NCBI GenBank assembly: GCA_028717245.1
Contig: JAQUOD010000005.1
Location: 18,637-82,636 of the forward strand
DNA: 64,000 bases
Direction: 5' to 3'
Source of the DNA: Candidatus Omnitrophota bacterium
Lineage (GTDB): Bacteria; Omnitrophota; Gorgyraeia; Gygaellales; Profunditerraquicolaceae
This document shows positions 22,015 to 32,229 of the stretch, in pieces. Position 1 is the stretch's first letter. Each line of letters starts with the position of its first letter. The notes beneath the pieces were generated by a model. It ran no database searches, was not told the origin of the DNA, and worked only from the letters and a program-made list of their open reading frames with translations. A program made the position numbers and the translations under genes.

Positions 22015-22160
22015 AATTTGTGTAATGTGTAAAGTGTAATGTGTAAAGCGGGTGTAATGCAAAAGATAGGTGTAATGGGGAAAACACTTGCATTACACGG
22101 TAAAATATTAAACCTACATTACACGTTACACATTTAACGTTACACAGAAACGCAGCCCCT
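22015..22160. repeat. intergenic direct/inverted array of GTGTAAT(G) / CATTACAC units (gyrB-gyrA spacer)
   Basis: There are about 6 GTGTAA(A/T)G units followed by 4 CATTACAC/GTTACAC units, a long imperfect hairpin. Confidence 0.8.
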
Positions 22161-22175
22161 TAACTTTTATTAAAA

Positions 22176-25100
22176 ATGTATACGCGTAACGAAAAAATTA
22201 TCCCGGTTTATATTGAGGATGAGGTCAAGGACTCTTATTTAAATTATGCCATGAGCGTCATCGTCGGCCGCGCCCTGCCCGATATCCGCGACGGCTTAAA
22301 GCCGGTGCACAGGCGCATTCTTTATGCCATGCAGGAGCTTAATCTTGACCACTCTAAGCCTTATAAGAAATGCGCGCGTATCGTCGGCGAGGTCCTGGGT
22401 AAATACCATCCCCACGGCGATGTCGCGGTTTATGATGCCTTAGTCAGGATGGCCCAGGGTTTTTCCCTGCGCTATCCTTTGGTAGACGGGCAGGGAAATT
22501 TTGGATCGGTCGACGGGGATGCAGCTGCCGCGATGAGATATTGCGTCACCGGAGATACTCTGATTGTTACAGATAAAGGACTGCAAAGAATAGACAAACT
22601 TCCTCATCATTCCAAAACAGATTTTCGGGTACTTTCATTAAATAATAAGATAAATCATGTTTCAAAATGGTTTGATTCCGGAGAGCATTTAACTAAAAAA
22701 ATTACTACCTTTAGAGGTTTTAGCTTATGCGGGAGCCGGAATCATCCTATTTTAACGTGGCAACGTAATGGAACAAAGCCAAAATTAGTTTGGACACTAT
22801 TGAATAATGTAGAAAATGGCGATTTTGTCGTAGTCAGTAGGAGCGGTTCGTTATTCCCTTCAAGGGAACCTTTATTAAAAAAATTTTATCCAGAACTTCG
22901 AAACAGAAGGCAGGAGCATAAGCTTCCTCGCGCTATGAATGTAGATCTGGCTTTTATTTTGGGAGCGCTAATTGCAGAAGGTTCTATAAGCAGGGAACAA
23001 ATTGGATTCTGTAATGGGGATAAAGAGTTTCTACGGGAATTTAAATCGTGTTTCCAGCGAGTATTCCCCGATTGCAGGCTGCATGAATTTGTAAGAAAAC
23101 CGTTGAGTTATGGGAAAAAGAAATGTACTTATTTAGAAATTCATTCAATGCATGTTATAGATTTTTTGAAAAATCTAGGGTTACGTCAGTTGCGAGCTTA
23201 TGATAAAACCATTCCAGATATAATTTTTTCTTCCTCGAAAAAATCGGTTGCCGCGTTTATAAAAGGTTATGCAGAGGGAGATGGTAGTATTTGTGTTGGC
23301 AAAAGAAACCCTGATATCAGCTTGATATCAACCAGCGGAAAATTGATTCAAGGTTTACAGGTTTTCCTCCTAATGTTTGGCATTGATTCTTCGCATAGAT
23401 TTCATAAGCAAAAAAACTATTTTAGGTTGTTTATTAGAGGCCGCAACAATCTCGATTTATTTAAAAATCAAATAAATTTTGCTACTAGGAAAAGTCGTGA
23501 AAGGTTGATAGATATTTGTAATCGCAATAAAACTGATTGGGTTATGTCCAAGACAGATTGTATTCCCTACATCGCCGACTATCTTCGTAAAAAAAGCACA
23601 CGGTGCAAGAGAAAATATTGGGGGAACATAGAATGGCTAAAAAAACACAACATCGATAGGTACCCAAAAATAGAAAAATACTGGCCCAGGCTAAGAAGGG
23701 TTCTTGATAAAGACGATGTTAGTTTGTTTGAGGGTTTGATAAAAAATAGATATATCTTTGATAAAATTGTTTCGGTAGAAGATGCTGGTAAGAAAAGAGT
23801 CTATTCAATTAAAGTGGATAGCCCGTGCCACTCATTTGTATCCAATGGATTCATAAGTCATAATACTGAAGCGCGCCTGGCTGCTATTTCCGATGAGATA
23901 CTCGCGGATATTGATAAGGACACCGTAAATTTCGGGCCCAATTTTGACTCCTCCCTCAAAGAGCCGCTTTTATTGCCCGCGGCCTTGCCTAATCTGTTAG
24001 TGAACGGCTCAAGCGGTATAGCTGTGGGTATGGCTACCAATATCCCCCCGCACAATTTGAATGAAGTGGCCGATGCCATTATCTATCTATTAGATCATCC
24101 GGAAACCGAAATCAAGGACCTGATGCGTTATATCAAGGGTCCGGATTTTCCGACGGGCGGCGTAATCTGCGGCAGGAACGGTATCAAAGATGCCTATACC
24201 ACAGGAAAAGGTAAGCTCACCGTGCGCGCGCGGGCCACTATCGAGCGCCAGAAGAACGGCAAGGACCTGATTATAATTACTGAGATTCCCTACCAGGTGC
24301 AGAAATCCGCGTTAATTGAGGCCGCCGCCGCTTTGGTGGACGATAAAAAAATAGAGGGTATTTCTGACATCCGCGATGAATCCGATAAAGACGGGATGCG
24401 TATCGCGGTAGAACTCAAGCGCGACGTGGAAGCGCAGATTGTCTTGAATCAGCTCTTTAAACATACGCAACTGGAGACTACCTTCGGGATTATTATGCTG
24501 GCGCTGGTAGACAACAGGCCGCGGGTTTTGACGTTACGTCAGATGTTGGAATATTATATCGAGCACCGCAAGATTATCATCCGGCGCAGGACGCAATTTG
24601 AATTAGATAAGGCCTTAAAGAGGGCGCATATCTTAGAGGGCTTAAAGATTGCCCTGAAATACATCGACCGGATTATCAAGGTCATCAAGACCTCCAAGAA
24701 TACGGAGAATGCCAAAGAGCGCCTGATGAAGGAATTCGGCCTTTCTGATGTGCAGGCGCAGGCGATATTAGAAATGCAGTTGCAGCGCCTCACTGCTTTA
24801 GAGCGCGATAAGATTGACGCCGAATATTTAGAGCTCCTGAAAAAAATTGAACTGTGTAAAGCCATACTCGCCTCGGAGAAGAAAATTGAAGGCATCATCA
24901 AAGAGGATCTGGAGGCCTTAAAGAAAAAATACGGCGATGAACGCAGGACCGACCTGGTCGCCGAAGCAGAAGAATTAGAGGTGGAAGACCTTATCGCCGA
25001 AGAAGACGTAGTGGTGACAATAAGCCACGGCGGTTATATCAAGCGCTTGCCGGTGAGCGCCTACCGTAAACAGAAACGCGGGGGCACAGGGGCAACGGGC

Positions 25101-25931
25101 GCAGAAGTCAAAGAAGAGGATTTTATAGAACATCTTTTTGTGGCCTCGACCAAAGATTATTTATTGACCTTCGCTGATAAGGGCCAGGTGCATTGGCTCA
25201 AGGTTTATGAAATCCCGCAGGCCAGCCGCACTTCCAAAGGCAAGGCCATCATTAATCTTTTACAGATGGAAGCAGGCTCTAAAGTCAGCTCGACCATACC
25301 GGTGAAGGAATTCTCCGCTGACCAATACCTGGTAATGGTCACCAAGTGCGGCCAGATTAAAAAGACAAGGCTTGACGCCTACGGTAATCCGCGCAAGGGC
25401 GGGATTATCGGCATTAGCCTGGATAAGGGCGATGAGCTGATCGGCGTAGAGTTAACCGACGGAAAACAGGAGCTGCTTATCGGTACCCGCCAGGGTAAGG
25501 CCATAAGATTTTCTGAGAGCAAGGTGCGGGATATGGGCAGGCAGGCAGGAGGCGTACGCGCCATCTCTTTAGCCAAGAAAGACGAAGTGATTGCCATGGT
25601 TTTAGCCCAGAAGGATACCACAGTATTAACCGTTACGGAATTAGGCTTTGCCAAACGTACACCCATTCAAGAATACCGCCTGACCAGCCGCGGCGGCAAA
25701 GGCATTATTAATATAAAAGTCACCAGTAAGAACGGCGAGGCAGTAAGTTTAAAGACTGTCAGCGACAACGACGAGCTGATGGTTATTACACAGAACGGCA
25801 TGTTCTTACGTTGTGCGGTCAAAGATATCCGCACTACCGGCAGGTCTGCCCAGGGAGTGCGGCTGATTAAGCTACAGGAGAAAGACCGCGTTTCTTGCGT
25901 GGCGCCGGTGATTGCAGAAGAGGAAGAATAA
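22176..25931 (+). CDS. gyrA: DNA gyrase subunit A, intein-containing precursor (about 810-aa extein plus 441-aa intein)
   Basis: The GyrA N-terminus is present. AAMRY (catalytic Tyr at extein residue 122) is interrupted by CVTGDTLIV...NGFISHN and resumes at [11 protein letters not shown]. Confidence 0.95.
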   Translation: MYTRNEKIIPVYIEDEVKDSYLNYAMSVIVGRALPDIRDGLKPVHRRILYAMQELNLDHSKPYKKCARIVGEVLGKYHPHGDVAVYDALVRMAQGFSLRYPLVDGQGNFGSVDGDAAAAMRYCVTGDTLIVTDKGLQRIDKLPHHSKTDFRVLSLNNKINHVSKWFDSGEHLTKKITTFRGFSLCGSRNHPILTWQRNGTKPKLVWTLLNNVENGDFVVVSRSGSLFPSREPLLKKFYPELRNRRQEHKLPRAMNVDLAFILGALIAEGSISREQIGFCNGDKEFLREFKSCFQRVFPDCRLHEFVRKPLSYGKKKCTYLEIHSMHVIDFLKNLGLRQLRAYDKTIPDIIFSSSKKSVAAFIKGYAEGDGSICVGKRNPDISLISTSGKLIQGLQVFLLMFGIDSSHRFHKQKNYFRLFIRGRNNLDLFKNQINFATRKSRERLIDICNRNKTDWVMSKTDCIPYIADYLRKKSTRCKRKYWGNIEWLKKHNIDRYPKIEKYWPRLRRVLDKDDVSLFEGLIKNRYIFDKIVSVEDAGKKRVYSIKVDSPCHSFVSNGFISHNTEARLAAISDEILADIDKDTVNFGPNFDSSLKEPLLLPAALPNLLVNGSSGIAVGMATNIPPHNLNEVADAIIYLLDHPETEIKDLMRYIKGPDFPTGGVICGRNGIKDAYTTGKGKLTVRARATIERQKNGKDLIIITEIPYQVQKSALIEAAAALVDDKKIEGISDIRDESDKDGMRIAVELKRDVEAQIVLNQLFKHTQLETTFGIIMLALVDNRPRVLTLRQMLEYYIEHRKIIIRRRTQFELDKALKRAHILEGLKIALKYIDRIIKVIKTSKNTENAKERLMKEFGLSDVQAQAILEMQLQRLTALERDKIDAEYLELLKKIELCKAILASEKKIEGIIKEDLEALKKKYGDERRTDLVAEAEELEVEDLIAEEDVVVTISHGGYIKRLPVSAYRKQKRGGTGATGAEVKEEDFIEHLFVASTKDYLLTFADKGQVHWLKVYEIPQASRTSKGKAIINLLQMEAGSKVSSTIPVKEFSADQYLVMVTKCGQIKKTRLDAYGNPRKGGIIGISLDKGDELIGVELTDGKQELLIGTRQGKAIRFSESKVRDMGRQAGGVRAISLAKKDEVIAMVLAQKDTTVLTVTELGFAKRTPIQEYRLTSRGGKGIINIKVTSKNGEAVSLKTVSDNDELMVITQNGMFLRCAVKDIRTTGRSAQGVRLIKLQEKDRVSCVAPVIAEEEE
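22542..23864 (+). mobile_element. GyrA intein with LAGLIDADG homing endonuclease domain
   Basis: It is inserted directly after the catalytic Tyr. Splice-junction blocks resemble the mycobacterial GyrA intein (…ITNGFVSHN). LAGLIDADG motifs are [14 protein letters not shown] and [14 protein letters not shown]. It is 1323 nt and in frame. Confidence 0.85.
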
Positions 25932-26044
25932 CCCCTAAAGTCCCCATCGTCTTCCCGCCATTCTATGCAATAGCAGGCGGGATCCCGCCTGAATATATAG
26001 GTTGTTTGGCGGGAAGCCTGGTCTATGACAAATTGTTGCAGGAC

Positions 26045-26308
26045 ATGTACTATGTTTATGTTCTTGAGAACGCGAAGGGTAAGTACTATATAGGCAGTTG
26101 CGAAAATCTATCGGCACGGCTAAAACAGCATAATCAAAACTGTGTTAGTTCGACAAAAAATAAAGGGCCATTTATAATAGTTTACAAAGAAGATTGTGCC
26201 ACAAAAACAGAAGCACGTAAACGAGAGAGCCAGTTAAAGGGCTACAAAGGCAACAGTAAGTTTGATAGATTAATAACGAGCTTGTCCCCATCGTCTAGCC
26301 TGGTCTAG
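26045..26308 (+). CDS. GIY-YIG nuclease family protein (small YhbQ-like)
   Basis: The sequence MYYVYVLENAKGKYYIGSCENLSARLKQHNQ...KTEARKRESQLKGY carries the GIY-YIG motifs. The likely start is ATG 26045, and the longer track ORF from 25895 overlaps gyrA. The last 8 codons read into tRNA-Glu. Confidence 0.7.
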   Translation: MYYVYVLENAKGKYYIGSCENLSARLKQHNQNCVSSTKNKGPFIIVYKEDCATKTEARKRESQLKGYKGNSKFDRLITSLSPSSSLV

Positions 26309-26358
26309 GACAAGAGCTTTTCAAGCTCTCGACACCGGTTCAAATCCGGTTGGGGACG
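26284..26358 (+). tRNA. tRNA-Glu (anticodon TTC)
   Basis: The sequence is GTCCCCATCGTCTAG...AGAGC-TTTTCAA-GCTCT...ACCGGTTCAAATCCGGT-TGGGGAC-G. It closely resembles canonical bacterial tRNA-Glu. Confidence 0.85.
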
Positions 26359-26508
26359 TTAATATTGACCGGTTCCCCGCCTACGCACCTTGAATTTACT
26401 TCGTAAAGCGCTATGGTGTACTTCGCGGGTCCGCCGTAGCTCACCAAAGCTAAGAAGGAAATCTACCAAAGAACGAAGGCGGAAAATCCGGTTGGGGACG
26501 TTAATATT
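26343..26508 (+). repeat. 25-bp direct repeat AAATCCGGTTGGGGACGTTAATATT (tRNA-Glu 3' end plus 8 nt) flanking a 117-bp insert
   Basis: Copy A is at 26343-26367 and copy B at 26484-26508, immediately 5' of the glmS ATG. Confidence 0.85.
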
Positions 26509-28350
26509 ATGTGCGGAATAATCGGTTATATCGGCCAAAGGTCAGCCCAGGAGATTTTACTCAACGGCCTGAAGCGCCTGGAGTATCGCGGTTATGATTC
26601 CAGTGGCATGGCTATCATCCTGTCTGGCAAAAATGCCCTCTCCGTCAGAAAATCTGCGGGCAAGATCAGCGCGCTGGAAAATCTCCTGCATAAAAAGCCC
26701 CTGGCCGGGAATCTAGGTATTGCCCATACCAGATGGGCGACGCATGGAGCGCCCAACCAAATCAACGCCCACCCCCATAGCGATTGTCACGACGAAATCG
26801 CCGTTGTCCATAACGGCATCATTGAAAATTATGCTAAATTAAAAAATGAGCTTATTAAGGAAGGCCATAAATTCTTAAGCCAGACCGATACCGAGGTAAT
26901 CGTGCATCTTGTAGAAAAGTTTTATTGTAACAGCACTCCCTTAGAAGAGGCGTTTAGGAAGGCGCTTGGTAAATTAGAGGGTTCTTTTGCCATTGCGGTT
27001 GTTTCACAAAAAGAACCCGATAAGCTAATCGGCGCGCGCCTAGGCAGTCCTTTAATTGTCGGCGTGGGCAAGAAGGAGAATTTTCTTGCCTCGGATGCGC
27101 CGGCGATATTAGATGCTACGAACGAAGTGATTTTTTTAAATGATAATGAAGTGGCGGTTCTGGAGAAGGATAGTGTTCGGGTAACGGACTTTAGCGGCAA
27201 AAACATCCCTAAGAATACGGTGCGCCTGAACTGGGATATTGACCAGGCCCAGAAACAAGGGTACAGGCATTTTATGCTCAAGGAGATTAATGAGCAACCC
27301 AAGATACTGGAGAATATCCTGGGTATGACCATCAGGAAAGAAACCGGCAAAATATTCTTTGAAGATTTGGGGATTCCCGAAGAGCAGCTGAAGAAAAAAC
27401 AAAATATTATTATTGTGGCCTGCGGCACTGCTTATCATGCGGGCTTATGCGGTAAGTATATTATAGAAGAACTCTGTAGGGTGCCGGTAAGCGTAGATGT
27501 GTCCAGTGAGTTTCGCTACCGTAACCCCCTGATTAATGCGGATACACTGGTAGTAGCTATCAGCCAGTCAGGCGAGACCGCAGATACCCTGGCAGCAGTG
27601 CGGGAAGCCAGGAAAAAAGGCGCAGCGGTATTAGCTATTTGTAATGTTTTAGGTGCCAGCCTGGTGCGCGAATCTGACGCTACAATCTATACCCATGCCG
27701 GCCCTGAGATAGGCGTGGCCTCCACCAAGGCCTATACGGCGCAGCTAGCTATTCTGTATCTGTTCGCCTTGTATCTGGCAGGCCTGAAGCGGGTTTTAGC
27801 CGAGGATAAAATAGAGCGGATTGTTAGCGTTCTCAAGAAAACTCCTCATCTGCAAAAGCAGGTCCTGGAGAATCAGGAAGTTATCAAAGAGGTTGCCCGC
27901 CGGCATTCCCATTTCGGTTCATTTTTATTTTTGGGCAGGAACATCAATTATCCTTCGGCGCTGGAAGGCGCGCTGAAATTAAAAGAGATTTCTTATATTC
28001 CGGCTGAGGGCTATGCTGCTGGCGAAATGAAGCATGGGCCTATTGCCTTAATTGATGAATACCGCGCCGTGGTCTGTATTGCGCTTGAATCGGGCGTCTA
28101 CGAAAAGATGGCCTCTAATATCCAGGAGATACGCAGCCGCCAGGGCAAGATTATCGCTATTGCCAGCCAAGGGGATGAAAACATACAAGAACTCACCCGC
28201 GAAGTTATCTATGTGCCTAAAATAGAGGAGTTATTTTCTCCGTTAATAGTAGCGCTGCCATTACAGTTATTAGCCTACCATATTGCCGTCAAGCGCGATT
28301 GCGATGTGGACCAGCCGCGTAATTTAGCCAAGTCCGTAACCGTCGAATAG
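26509..28350 (+). CDS. glmS: glutamine--fructose-6-phosphate aminotransferase
   Basis: It has the N-terminal MCGIIGYIG (Ntn amidotransferase), two SIS domains, and is 613 aa. Confidence 0.95.
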   Translation: MCGIIGYIGQRSAQEILLNGLKRLEYRGYDSSGMAIILSGKNALSVRKSAGKISALENLLHKKPLAGNLGIAHTRWATHGAPNQINAHPHSDCHDEIAVVHNGIIENYAKLKNELIKEGHKFLSQTDTEVIVHLVEKFYCNSTPLEEAFRKALGKLEGSFAIAVVSQKEPDKLIGARLGSPLIVGVGKKENFLASDAPAILDATNEVIFLNDNEVAVLEKDSVRVTDFSGKNIPKNTVRLNWDIDQAQKQGYRHFMLKEINEQPKILENILGMTIRKETGKIFFEDLGIPEEQLKKKQNIIIVACGTAYHAGLCGKYIIEELCRVPVSVDVSSEFRYRNPLINADTLVVAISQSGETADTLAAVREARKKGAAVLAICNVLGASLVRESDATIYTHAGPEIGVASTKAYTAQLAILYLFALYLAGLKRVLAEDKIERIVSVLKKTPHLQKQVLENQEVIKEVARRHSHFGSFLFLGRNINYPSALEGALKLKEISYIPAEGYAAGEMKHGPIALIDEYRAVVCIALESGVYEKMASNIQEIRSRQGKIIAIASQGDENIQELTREVIYVPKIEELFSPLIVALPLQLLAYHIAVKRDCDVDQPRNLAKSVTVE

Positions 28351-28352
28351 CA

Positions 28353-28410
28353 CCAGGTGCAAATCCAATCGGGCACCAGGTGCGAAACTGAGATTGTACC
28401 TGTCCCTTAA
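28353..28410. repeat. GCACCAGGTGC palindromic-unit repeat (2 units) downstream of glmS
   Basis: CACCAGGTGCAAATCCAATCGGGCACCAGGTGCGAA is nearly identical to the start of the longer array at 39432. Confidence 0.75.
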
Positions 28411-28415
28411 AGAGA

Positions 28416-29069
28416 ATGCTCTATATCGTTGCTACCCCTATCGGTAACTTAAAAGATATCAGTTTGCGCGCCTTAGAGGTATTAAAGAGCGTAGATTTAA
28501 TCGCCTGCGAGGATACGCGGCACACCAGGATCCTGCTTGAGCATTATGGTATCCATGTTCCTACTACCAGCTATTTCCAACATAATAAACTTACTAAAGG
28601 TGGATACCTTATCAACCTGCTCAAAGAGGGCAAATCCATTGCCCTGATTTCGGATGCCGGCACGCCGGGCATACTCGATCCGGGTTATCACCTGATTAAT
28701 TTAGCCATCAAGAATAATATCGCTATCACTTGTATCCCCGGTCCGGCTGCCTTTATCAATGCCCTGGTTCTCTGCGGCAAACCCACGCATAATTTTATCT
28801 TTGCCGGATTTCTGCCCCGCACGTCGTTAGCCCGGCGTAACCGCCTGAAAGAACTGGCAAAACTAGAATGCACTATTGTATTTTATGAATCCTGCCACAG
28901 AATCATGAAGACCCTGGAGGATATGGGGTGCGTTTTCGGTGACAGAGGAATAGCCTGCTGCCGGGAACTGACCAAAAAGTTCGAAGAGATAAAACGGGGC
29001 AGTAGCCAGGATATCTTAGGGCAACTGGAAAAAGAAAAACCGCGCGGAGAATTCGTGGTGGTGGTATAA
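28416..29069 (+). CDS. rsmI: 16S rRNA (cytidine1402-2'-O)-methyltransferase RsmI
   Basis: It has the tetrapyrrole-methylase-like fold and the RsmI N-terminal motif LYIVATPIGNLKDISLRALEVL...CEDTRHT. Confidence 0.88.
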   Translation: MLYIVATPIGNLKDISLRALEVLKSVDLIACEDTRHTRILLEHYGIHVPTTSYFQHNKLTKGGYLINLLKEGKSIALISDAGTPGILDPGYHLINLAIKNNIAITCIPGPAAFINALVLCGKPTHNFIFAGFLPRTSLARRNRLKELAKLECTIVFYESCHRIMKTLEDMGCVFGDRGIACCRELTKKFEEIKRGSSQDILGQLEKEKPRGEFVVVV

Positions 29070-29080
29070 ATTTTTCCTTG

Positions 29081-29116
29081 ACAGGGAGCGCTTTAGATGG
29101 TATATTTGAATAAATT
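29081..29116 (+). promoter_or_regulatory. candidate sigma70-type promoter in rsmI-pyrR spacer
   Basis: TTGACA at 29081 is followed by a 17-nt spacer and a TATATT -10-like box. Confidence 0.35.
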
Positions 29117-29324
29117 AGACGAGGCCTTTAAGCTAGTTCTTGAGAAACTAGCAAGGACAAGATCATGAATCAGGGTAAACTAAAATCAGAACACCCAACT
29201 GCAAAAGAAAGCGGTTGGGTTTTTTATTGAGCGCATAACTTATGAACACAAAGTGTGAGTAAGTTATATGCGCGAAATAATCCCGCCCGTTAAACAGTAT
29301 ATACCGGTTACATTAAACGCATAG

Positions 29325-29891
<567 letters not shown>

Positions 29892-29987
29892 TAGTTCATT
29901 GAGTCTATTGAGTTCATAGAGTCCATTGAGTTGTATATATCATAACTCAAAAAACTCAAAAAACTCAAAAAACTCAAAAAACTCAAT
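29892..29987. repeat. 9-mer NNNTTGAGT x4 / ACTCAAAAA x4 hairpin element (pyrR-pyrB spacer, ends at pyrB ATG)
   Basis: The units CATTGAGT, CTATTGAGT, TCATAGAGT and CCATTGAGT are followed by loop GTATATATCATA and then ACTCAAAAA x4 plus ACTCAAT. Confidence 0.85.
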
Positions 29988-30935
29988 ATGGTCTGGACGA
30001 GAAAAGATTTACTGGGTTTAGAAGATTTAAGCCGGGAAGAGCTGGAGTTTATCTTAGCTACTGCGGATTCCTTTAAAGAGGTTTCTACCCGCGAGATTAA
30101 AAAAGTCCCGGCCTTACGCGGTAAGACCGTGGTGAATTTGTTCTATGAACCCTCTACAAGGACAAGGGTATCTTTTGAGCTAGCAGCAAAACGCTTATCC
30201 GCAGACGTGATTAATATTGCCTCAGAGACCTCCAGCGTCAAAAAAGGGGAAACCTTAATTGATACCGGCAGGAACATAGAGGCCCTGAAAGTAGATATTA
30301 TCGTAGTGCGGCATAATTATTCCGGGGCAGCGGCAATACTGGCGCGCCATGTCAAGGCCAGCGTGATTAATGCCGGAGACGGCTGGCACGAACATCCTAC
30401 GCAGGCGCTCTTGGATATTTTTACTTTAAAGGAGAAACTAGGCAGGATTGAAGGGTTAAGGGTGAGTATTGTCGGAGATATCGCGCACTCGCGCGTGGCC
30501 CGTTCCAATATCTGGGGGTTGACTAAATTAGGCGCTCAAGTGACGGTCTGCGCGCCCAAAATGTTGGTGCCGCCGGCCATTGAAGAAATGGGCGTTAGAG
30601 TGACTAATGATATAGATGAGGCGCTAAAAGATGCTGATGCAGTGGATGTCTTAAGGATGCAGTTTGAGCGCGATGAGGGTAATGCCTTCCCAGAGCAATT
30701 AGAATATTTTAAAAACTTCGGGATTACCGAAGAAAGGTTAGAGAAGGCTAAGAAGAATATTATTGTCATGCATCCGGGGCCCTTAAACCGCGGGATTGAA
30801 ATTTCCAGCGGCGTAGCCGACGGCGCAAACTCTGTGATACTGGAACAGGTGACCAACGGCATTGCCGTGAGGATGGCCGCGCTCTTTTTAGTAGCGCAGG
30901 CGAATGAGAATATCAGCCATGAAGATACTCATTAA
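29988..30935 (+). CDS. pyrB: aspartate carbamoyltransferase catalytic subunit
   Basis: It has the STRTR and HPTQALLD motifs and is 315 aa. Confidence 0.95.
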   Translation: MVWTRKDLLGLEDLSREELEFILATADSFKEVSTREIKKVPALRGKTVVNLFYEPSTRTRVSFELAAKRLSADVINIASETSSVKKGETLIDTGRNIEALKVDIIVVRHNYSGAAAILARHVKASVINAGDGWHEHPTQALLDIFTLKEKLGRIEGLRVSIVGDIAHSRVARSNIWGLTKLGAQVTVCAPKMLVPPAIEEMGVRVTNDIDEALKDADAVDVLRMQFERDEGNAFPEQLEYFKNFGITEERLEKAKKNIIVMHPGPLNRGIEISSGVADGANSVILEQVTNGIAVRMAALFLVAQANENISHEDTH

Positions 30936-32199
30936 AAACGGGCAGGTAATTGACCCGGCAAATAATATAGACGGTATTTGTGATATTTTAGTGGAGGGCG
31001 CTAAAATATCCAGGGTAGCCAAAAACATTAAAGCGGATGCGGATAATGTCATAGAAGCCAGGGGTAAAATAGTCATGCCGGGCATCGTGGATATGCATGT
31101 GCATCTACGCGAACCGGGTAGGGAAGATAAGGAGACCATTGCTACCGGCACCAAAGCAGCGTTAAAGGGCGGGGTCACCAGCCTCTTAGCCATGCCTAAT
31201 ACCGCGCCGGCTATGGATTGCCCGGAAAATATAAGACTGCTCAAGAATATTATACAGAGGAGCGGACAGGCCAATGTTTTTATTGCCGGCGCCATCACTA
31301 AAGGAAGGCTGGGGAAAGAATTAACCGATATAGCCAGCCTGAAAAAAGAAGGAGTGGTAGCCATTTCCGATGATGGTGCGTCTGTAGAGAATGCAGAACT
31401 GATGCGCCAAGCTCTCTTAAAAGCCAAAGATGAAGGCGTTTTAGTCATCTCGCATTGCGAAGATAAATCGCTGAGCAATTCGGGAGTAGTAAACTTGGGG
31501 ATTATCTCTACGCGGCTGGGTTTACGGGGGATGCCGGCTGAGGCAGAATATAAAAGAGTAGAAAGGGATATTCGCTTAGCCGAAGAAACCAAATCCCGCC
31601 TGCACATTGCGCACGTCAGCACTAAAGAGTCAGTGCAGTTAATCGCCGCCGCCAAAAAGAAAGGCATAAATATCACGGCAGAAGTTACGCCGCATCATTT
31701 TAGTTTGGTTGAAGAGGCAGTGCTGGGTTTTGATGCCAATATGAAAATGAACCCTCCTTTACGAAGCAAGTCAGATACAGAGGCTTTGAAAGAATGCTTA
31801 AAGAGCGGGATAATAGACGCCATTGCTTCTGACCATGCCCCGCACACCGAAAACGAAAAAGAGATTGAATTCCAGCGGGCAGAATTCGGCACTATTGGTT
31901 TAGAAACTGAACTGGCCGCAAGCATTACCGAATTGGTGAAGACCGGCTTGTTGGGTTGGATAGATTTAGTCAAAAAACTCTGCCTTAATCCGGCGCGAAT
32001 TTTAGGCATAGATAAAGGCACATTAGACGCCGGATGCGGCGCAGATATTATTATCGTCTCCCCGGATAAGGAATGGATAGTTACTAAAGAACAATTTGTT
32101 TCCAAATCTAAAAACTCGGCTTTTCTGGGGAAACAATTGTCCGGCATAGTGGAATACACTATCTGTGCGGGCAAGATCGTATATACAAATTCGTTATAG
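30904..32199 (+). CDS. pyrC: dihydroorotase
   Basis: It has the metal-binding DMHVHLREPG motif and the amidohydrolase fold, and is 431 aa. Confidence 0.9.
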   Translation: MRISAMKILIKNGQVIDPANNIDGICDILVEGAKISRVAKNIKADADNVIEARGKIVMPGIVDMHVHLREPGREDKETIATGTKAALKGGVTSLLAMPNTAPAMDCPENIRLLKNIIQRSGQANVFIAGAITKGRLGKELTDIASLKKEGVVAISDDGASVENAELMRQALLKAKDEGVLVISHCEDKSLSNSGVVNLGIISTRLGLRGMPAEAEYKRVERDIRLAEETKSRLHIAHVSTKESVQLIAAAKKKGINITAEVTPHHFSLVEEAVLGFDANMKMNPPLRSKSDTEALKECLKSGIIDAIASDHAPHTENEKEIEFQRAEFGTIGLETELAASITELVKTGLLGWIDLVKKLCLNPARILGIDKGTLDAGCGADIIIVSPDKEWIVTKEQFVSKSKNSAFLGKQLSGIVEYTICAGKIVYTNSL

Positions 32200-32229
32200 T
32201 GTTTAAACGTAAGTAACCCAATAACAAAA

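Noticed and set aside
22015-22160. CRISPR array interpretation of the tandem short repeats (here and at other spacers)
   Set aside because: The units are 7-9 nt with no unique spacers between them. They are followed by their own inverted copies, and no cas genes are present.
25895-26308. 137-aa form of the GIY-YIG ORF starting at 25895
   Set aside because: The N-terminal 50 codons overlap the 3' end of gyrA and have no GIY-YIG similarity. The domain begins at MYYVYVLE (ATG 26045).
29892-29987. Calling the pyrR-pyrB hairpin a PyrR-responsive attenuator
   Set aside because: It has no U-tract terminator and no match to the PyrR binding-loop consensus that could be seen by eye. It is reported only as a repeat element positioned at the RBS.
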